A stretch of 64,000 bases of DNA from Nitrospira sp. (GTDB lineage: Bacteria > Nitrospirota > Nitrospiria > Nitrospirales > Nitrospiraceae): NCBI GenBank assembly GCA_030444405.1, contig JARFPM010000004.1, forward strand, positions 12,540 through 76,539, read 5' to 3'. The notes beneath the pieces were generated by a model. The model saw nothing but the letters and a program-made list of their open reading frames with translations, searched no databases and was not told the origin of the DNA. Position numbers and translations under genes: made by a program. Below are positions 59,390 to 64,000 of this stretch, in pieces; positions within the stretch are counted from its first letter, which is position 1; every line of letters begins with the position of its first letter.

Positions 59390-61270
59390 TCACCCGGCAT
59401 CGTGACTGGTGACACGTGCCATTCCCTCGTCGCCTTGTGTATGGGCCACCGGCCAGGTAATTAAGCCTGACACCCCCTCGGGAGATCCGACCGGCTGCGT
59501 CTGCTGGGCGTAGATTTGTGGCAACCGGTTCGTCCCAAACTTCGAGATATAGAGGAAGACATGCTCACGCGAGTTCACACGTACGGCCCAAGGGTGAAAA
59601 TCATGCTTGTAGAATTCTTCGCAGAGCTGCATCGCGTCGAGACATGACAGGGTACTGGGGTCATTCAAGGTGTAGTAGTAGTCCAACGGCAGATCGTACT
59701 CGTCCTGCTTGTGAATCGTAATGCCGAATTTTTCAGGGTGGCGAACTATCGGCGTATGGCGATAAGCCACAAAGTAGAACAATTCCAGCGAGTGAATCAC
59801 CGGCTGGTTCTCAAGGACGAACTGCCGGGTTTCCATCGCTTCCTCAATCGTTTCGCCAGGAAACCCGTAGAACGCCATCACATGGTTCCAAATCCCGGCT
59901 TTCGCCGCCATCTGGAGATTGCGCTCGATCACGCTCTTCTTGGCGTGTTTGTCCATGAGATTCAAGACCCGTTCATTGGCCGATTCCATCCCGTAATAGA
60001 GTGTGCAGCAGCCGGCCTTGGCCGCAAGATTCCACGTGGCCTGATCTTGCAGCGTCTCTTCAAAACGAATGAGTGTTGTCCACTTAATGTCCACGTTCTG
60101 ATCGACGAGCATCTGCGAGACCTTCTTGAACAGCGCCGGCGGGTAAGATTCATCGCTGAACAAAAAGTGTCGGCAGTGGTACTTGTCTCGAAGGGCCTTA
60201 ATCTGGTCGACCACGAACTGGGCCGGCATCCCTCGATACTGATCGAAGTAGCCCTGACCATGGTCGCAAAAGGTGCAGCGGCCCCAATAGCAGCCACGTG
60301 TCGCTAGGTAGGGAATGATCAGTTCCGGGACGAAGTAGCGATCCAGCGGCATCCCATCAAAATCCGGCAAGGGAAGCGAGGTTGTTTTCTCGGTATAGAT
60401 TTCAGCATTCCGATGCAGGCCAGACTCATCCCGATAAATCAGGTTGGGTACGGAAGTGAGTGGTCGTTGCCCGTTCAGAGCTTCGATGAGCCACAACAGT
60501 GCATGCTCTCCCTCATAGAGAATCGCTGAATCAAATACTTCCGTGAAGAACCTCTTGTGATTGATAAGGTCTTCTTGCAGTCGAGTAATGATGTTGCCGC
60601 CCACTACCACGTAGATCTGCGGGAAGGCCTCCTTGATCAACTTTGCGAAGGTCAGGCCCGCCAAGAGCTGCATCTGCGTCCCAATAGAAATCCCGATCAC
60701 ATCCGGTCTCTCCTTGGCCACTTCGGGCATGACCAACTGATTGCAGAGATCCCGATAGACGTTCACCTGTTCATCTTCCAAGCAAGCAAACACTTCCTTC
60801 GAGACTCCGGGGCGGTAGCCTAAATTGCTTTCCATCGGATAGAAGACAAGCGACGCAGGATAGTAGGCAGCGGAGATATAGGCCATCGTCTCACGGAACG
60901 TGTTGAGCGCCCCGTCCAATATCTCGGCGTCATAGAACCGTTCGCCACGAACGATCCGCTTAGCATCTTCCGCTCGATCCGCGAGATAGAACACATCGAC
61001 GGCATCGGCTTGCTCCACCACCGCCTTCTGATCTACATCCCGTTCTGTAAGAAGCCCGGCCTTCTCTTTGTCCTGTAGCGCCTTGAGCTGCATCCCCAGC
61101 CGGCCCTTCACCCAAATCAGGAACTCCATGCTAAAGAAATGGTCCCACATCCCGATGTTGATGTCGCGCTGAATGACCGTATGCCCCGCTTCCCGCAGCA
61201 CTGCGGTCAGCGAAGGCAGAGCGAGATACGGAGCCGTCGGGACCCACTCAGGCGGTCTGTACAAGACCAC
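59390..61270 (-). CDS. B12-binding-domain-type radical SAM protein, unusual CX4CX2C motif (paralog 1)
   Basis: 626 aa with a GTG start and an in-frame TGA just upstream. N-terminal LPSLTAVLREAGHTVIQRDIN, PDVIGISI, VVVGGNIITR. Cluster motif YLATRGCYWGRCTFCDHG. YGMESANERVL, YGFPGETIEEA. Confidence 0.85.
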   Translation of the reverse strand: MVLYRPPEWVPTAPYLALPSLTAVLREAGHTVIQRDINIGMWDHFFSMEFLIWVKGRLGMQLKALQDKEKAGLLTERDVDQKAVVEQADAVDVFYLADRAEDAKRIVRGERFYDAEILDGALNTFRETMAYISAAYYPASLVFYPMESNLGYRPGVSKEVFACLEDEQVNVYRDLCNQLVMPEVAKERPDVIGISIGTQMQLLAGLTFAKLIKEAFPQIYVVVGGNIITRLQEDLINHKRFFTEVFDSAILYEGEHALLWLIEALNGQRPLTSVPNLIYRDESGLHRNAEIYTEKTTSLPLPDFDGMPLDRYFVPELIIPYLATRGCYWGRCTFCDHGQGYFDQYRGMPAQFVVDQIKALRDKYHCRHFLFSDESYPPALFKKVSQMLVDQNVDIKWTTLIRFEETLQDQATWNLAAKAGCCTLYYGMESANERVLNLMDKHAKKSVIERNLQMAAKAGIWNHVMAFYGFPGETIEEAMETRQFVLENQPVIHSLELFYFVAYRHTPIVRHPEKFGITIHKQDEYDLPLDYYYTLNDPSTLSCLDAMQLCEEFYKHDFHPWAVRVNSREHVFLYISKFGTNRLPQIYAQQTQPVGSPEGVSGLITWPVAHTQGDEGMARVTSHDAG

Positions 61271-61281
61271 TCGCGCTCATT

Positions 61282-61295
61282 TTGTCATTCGTCAA
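61282..61295. repeat. 14-bp motif TTGTCATTCGTCAA, copy 2
   Basis: Exact copy of 59325..59338, in the 93-bp spacer between the two radical SAM genes. Confidence 0.6.
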
Positions 61296-61320
61296 ATGTC
61301 AATCATCCTTCGTGAACCGC

Positions 61321-61363
61321 CTCAGCACTCCGGACTCACCATTGCCAAGTCTCAGCACTCAGG
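61321..61363. repeat. direct repeat of CTCAGCACTC (61321-30, 61351-60), related to the 56184-56235 hairpin
   Basis: cagcactcagg (61352-62) is the reverse complement of cctgagtgctg (56183-93). Confidence 0.5.
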
Positions 61364-63262
61364 TCACATCTTCCCGGCTAATGTGTGCGTAACCCCTGGC
61401 ATCTTCACAGCTTGATACTGTAGATCCGGCAACTTTCCTAAACCAAACTTTGAGATATAGAGAAAGATGTATTCGCGGATATACAGCCTCAGATCCCAGC
61501 CCGGATGATGGTTCCGTTCAAATTCTTCGAACACCCGCTCGGCCTCCTCGATGTTCATCCCGTTCTTCACCGTATAGTAGTAGTCGAGCGCCAAGTCCCA
61601 CTCCGGATTCTTGTAGGCCGTCACACCCCACTTCTCCGGGTGTTTCGCTACCGGGTTGTGCCGCCCCAGATCGAACGTCCCGAACCCGAGTGAATGAACA
61701 TGGTCCTTGTTCTGCTCGAGGAACTGCACCGACTGCCAGGCCTCTTCCTTCGTCTCACCAGGAAAGCCGAAGAAGCCCATGCAGTGGTTCCAGATCCCCG
61801 CTTCCGCCGTGAGCTTGAGATGTTTCGCCATCACCTCAGTCGTCGTCGCCTTGTCCATCAGCTGCAGCACCCGCTCAACTCCCGACTCGTAGCCGAAGTG
61901 CAGATAGCGGCAGCCGGACTTCTTCGCGTCTTGCCAGACTTGTTCATCGAGCAGGCTCTTCTCAAACCGCATGTGCGTCGTCCAGAAGATACCCATCCGG
62001 CTCTCGATCAACCCGCGCGCGAGCTTGCGGAATAAGGCCGGCGGATAAGACTCGTCAGTGAAATGAAAATGCTTGGCACCGTACTTGTCGCGCAGATAGG
62101 CGATGTCGGCGAGAATGTCCTGGATCTTCTTCGATCGATAGCCCGCCGTATAGCCCTCGCCATGGTCGCAGAACTCGCAGCGGCCCCAGTAGCAACCGCG
62201 CGTCGCCAGATAGGGCAAGATCCTCGTCGGCACAAAATACTTCTCCAGCGGCAAACCGTCAAAGTCCGGTGGCGGCAGTGTCGCCAGATCCTCCGCGTAG
62301 CTGGTGGGTGATGTATGGATTCCGGTTTCGTCCTTATAAATGGCGTTGGGTACCTCAGCAAGACTTCGCTTTGCGCCCACTGCCGACACCAGCTGTACAA
62401 AAGCCGTCTCCCCTTCATAAACCACGGCACTGTCGAAGTACTGGAACAATGGCGACTGCGGCAGTACATCGCGTAGGCGCGTCACCGTGTTCCCGCCGAT
62501 CGCGATATGGATGTGGGGAAAGTGCTGCTTGATGAGGGCACAGAAGGTCATGGTCGAGAACATCTGCTGTTGTAGAACGATCGAGATGCCGATCACGTCC
62601 GGCTGTTCTGCTTTAATCGCCGGCTTTATAAGATGATCGAACACATCGCGATAGATATTCACCTGCGTATCGTTCACCGCATCCATGATCTCGGAGGAGA
62701 CATAGACCTTGTACGACAGGTCCGTCTCCATCGGCGGCATGCAGATTCTCGCCGGGAAATAGACCATGGAGACGACCGACATAACATCGCGAAAGACTTG
62801 AATAGACCATTCTAACTTGTTTATATTATAGCACTGTTCACTTCTAATAATGCGCTTCGCTTCCTCAGCGTTTTGAATTAACTTCGCCATCCGTTGATGG
62901 GTCACGTCGCAGAGCGCCAGCTGCAAATCCATCTCGGCTTCACTCAGCTCCCGCTTCTTCGAGAGCTTCCGGAGCCGATCCAACTGCTGCGGCACCCGGC
63001 GCAGAACCTTCTTCAAAAAGTCCTCGCTGAAGTACCAGTCCCACATCTCACAGTTGATGTCTTCTTGAATGACCGTATGACCGGCTTGTCGAAGAACAGC
63101 GGTAAGAGAGGGCAGCGAAAGATAGGGTTCGGAGGGAAACCAATCAGGCGGGAAGATCAGCATCACCTTCATCTTCCGGCCGCTGAAGGCTTCAAGCTGT
63201 TGGCGATTCAATAGGATGAGTTCTTTGGAGGCTCGCTCACCCTTCGAATACTGTATTTTCAT
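61364..63262 (-). CDS. B12-binding-domain-type radical SAM protein, unusual CX4CX2C motif (paralog 2)
   Basis: 632 aa. LPSLTAVLRQAGHTVIQEDIN, PDVIGISI, IAIGGNTVTR, YLATRGCYWGRCEFCDHG, FGYESGVERVL, FGFPGETKEEA. Start uncertain: ATG 63262 has AAGGAAGGG ~11 nt upstream. The alternative is MKVMLIFPP at 63172. Confidence 0.85.
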   Translation of the reverse strand: MKIQYSKGERASKELILLNRQQLEAFSGRKMKVMLIFPPDWFPSEPYLSLPSLTAVLRQAGHTVIQEDINCEMWDWYFSEDFLKKVLRRVPQQLDRLRKLSKKRELSEAEMDLQLALCDVTHQRMAKLIQNAEEAKRIIRSEQCYNINKLEWSIQVFRDVMSVVSMVYFPARICMPPMETDLSYKVYVSSEIMDAVNDTQVNIYRDVFDHLIKPAIKAEQPDVIGISIVLQQQMFSTMTFCALIKQHFPHIHIAIGGNTVTRLRDVLPQSPLFQYFDSAVVYEGETAFVQLVSAVGAKRSLAEVPNAIYKDETGIHTSPTSYAEDLATLPPPDFDGLPLEKYFVPTRILPYLATRGCYWGRCEFCDHGEGYTAGYRSKKIQDILADIAYLRDKYGAKHFHFTDESYPPALFRKLARGLIESRMGIFWTTHMRFEKSLLDEQVWQDAKKSGCRYLHFGYESGVERVLQLMDKATTTEVMAKHLKLTAEAGIWNHCMGFFGFPGETKEEAWQSVQFLEQNKDHVHSLGFGTFDLGRHNPVAKHPEKWGVTAYKNPEWDLALDYYYTVKNGMNIEEAERVFEEFERNHHPGWDLRLYIREYIFLYISKFGLGKLPDLQYQAVKMPGVTHTLAGKM

Positions 63263-63284
63263 CGAGAGCTAGCCCTTCCTTATC

Positions 63285-63408
63285 CAGGATGCTCAAAACG
63301 GCGTCTCGCTAGGCCGCAGGCAAGCCAACACCGGAGGCGTACCCTCTGGGGTACGTTGAGGATGGTGGCGAGCCGAGAACGACGCGAGAGGTTGTTTTCA
63401 GCATCCTG
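63285..63408. repeat. long imperfect inverted repeat / hairpin in the radical SAM leader
   Basis: Outer arms 63285-63309 and 63384-63408 pair over ~25 positions with 2 mismatches and 2 G-U pairs. An inner perfect hairpin cgtaccc-tctg-gggtacg lies at 63338-63355. Confidence 0.55.
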
Positions 63409-63867
63409 CTGGAGGCCCGTTCGCCCTTGGAGAACTCAATCTTCACGTCGGCCTGATCCTTCCCAGAAACTGGCCCAAAGTGACAGCAAAGCCAATGGGT
63501 TAGGCTTAGAAGAAGTATTGTACGGGGGTGAAAGAAGGAGATGCAAGGGTGGGACTAGGCTGGACTCGCTCAAGGCCAGAGCCCTGCTGCCCGCTCGACC
63601 AGCCGGCTTAGCCCTCATTGTCAGAGGGAAAAGCGGAAGGTGGATGGAACCGCGGGCCCAATAGCAACTGGACGGGGGGATGTCGTATTTTTTCTTTGAG
63701 TAATCCCCGTTCGGTGTGTCTGGTGGAAGCACGGAGTGTTATACGGACCATAGCAAGCACCACTTTGGGTAAAATGTCTACTAGCATTACCGCCTCGACC
63801 CAGCTCCCATGACCAGTTGAGTTGGTCCTAAGCATCGAGTTCATCAATTGTTGCGACGGAGGAACTT

Positions 63868-64000
63868 TCAATTAATTATTGGTCGTGGCAAACCAATTCC
63901 GAACTGCTCTGAGAGGACCTGAACCTGATACCCGTCTTGGATTAGCTTTTTTCCAAACGTCTCCACATGATCAGCTCCGCAAACGAATAGAATATTCTCT
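63868..64000 (-). CDS. possible 3' end of a gene that starts beyond the window
   Basis: Hand translation of the reverse strand from 63999: ENILFVCGADHVETFGKKLIQDGYQVQVLSEQFGIGLPRPIIN then TGA at 63868-63870. No family assigned. Only 43 codons are visible. Confidence 0.3.
   Translation of the reverse strand, partial: ENILFVCGADHVETFGKKLIQDGYQVQVLSEQFGIGLPRPIIN

Noticed and set aside
63590-63665. Possible cobalamin riboswitch core (GGGAA...GGTG...AACC..GC.GGCCC...ACTG) near B12-type radical SAM genes
   Set aside because: The match is only loose. The GGUG-containing stem-loop is too large, the B12 box (AGYCMGGAGACCKGCC-like) is absent, and the orientation is plus strand with no downstream plus-strand gene. 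It is kept only as part of the structured-leader finding, and an Infernal scan would settle it.
63263-63867. RNase P RNA, tmRNA, SRP RNA, c-di-GMP-I riboswitch or group II intron in the long noncoding stretch
   Set aside because: I looked for the universal signatures on both strands and found none. These were GGAAAGUCCGGGC/ACAGAAnCCGGCUUA, the GGGGCUGAUU start plus tRNA-like end, GGAAGCAGCC, GGCAAACC plus ACGCAAAGCC, and GUGYG plus domain V. There was only one partial ACAGCAAAGCC match without its partner.
1-64000. CRISPR arrays, rRNA operons, prophage or integrase genes, and canonical defence systems
   Set aside because: I saw no regularly spaced direct repeats and no rRNA-like sequence. 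There are no phage structural or integrase-like ORFs next to the tRNA-Leu gene. I saw no restriction-modification, Cas, abortive-infection or retron components. The lone HNH nuclease has no partners.

Overview
This is a chromosomal segment of roughly 55-60% GC by eye. Gene content and protein sequences look like a Nitrospira-type (Nitrospirota) bacterium, but that is tentative because no database search was possible.

**Layout**
- **1-31364:** one uninterrupted minus-strand block.
  - It starts with a ~15-kb Wzx/Wzy-type exopolysaccharide locus: Wza, Wzc, Wzy-like, four GT4/GT2 glycosyltransferases, a GT39/ArnT-like membrane transferase, three or four SAM methyltransferases and a flippase. An RHH protein and an HD-GYP protein head the locus.
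  - comEC follows, then the conserved glmM-folP-ftsH-hpt-tilS-ribF string.
  - The block ends with a hem operon: ccsA/hemX-like, hemA, hemC, a cobA-hemD fusion, a CBS gene and hemB.
- **31.4-42.7 kb:** mostly plus-strand housekeeping genes. These are rsmI, tusA-like, tRNA-Leu(CAA), yggX-like, two tandem DUF151 nucleases, rplM-rpsI, argC-argJ, rpsB-tsf-pyrH-frr and alr.
- **42.8-51.7 kb:** a FadL/TodX-type outer-membrane protein with a hybrid sensor kinase, a sirC-like gene, an HNH nuclease, and small redox and cofactor genes (Rieske, 2Fe-2S ferredoxin, moaB).

**Regions that stand out**
1. **51.7-56.2 kb:** a GC-richer NapA-like/NapC-like module sits between an intact moaB and a diverged relic of a second moaB 3' end. 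A complete-ended but frameshifted IS1595-type element is inserted exactly at the napA-like start codon.
2. **59.4-63.9 kb:** two tandem paralogous ~630-aa radical SAM proteins with B12-binding-type domains carry a CX4CX2C cluster motif instead of CX3CX2C. They lie behind a ~600-bp ORF-poor, hairpin-rich leader and have no functional context genes. This is my best candidate for an undescribed system.

I saw no CRISPR array, rRNA, prophage or recognisable defence system. All family calls come from motif recognition in the translated ORFs, not from searches.
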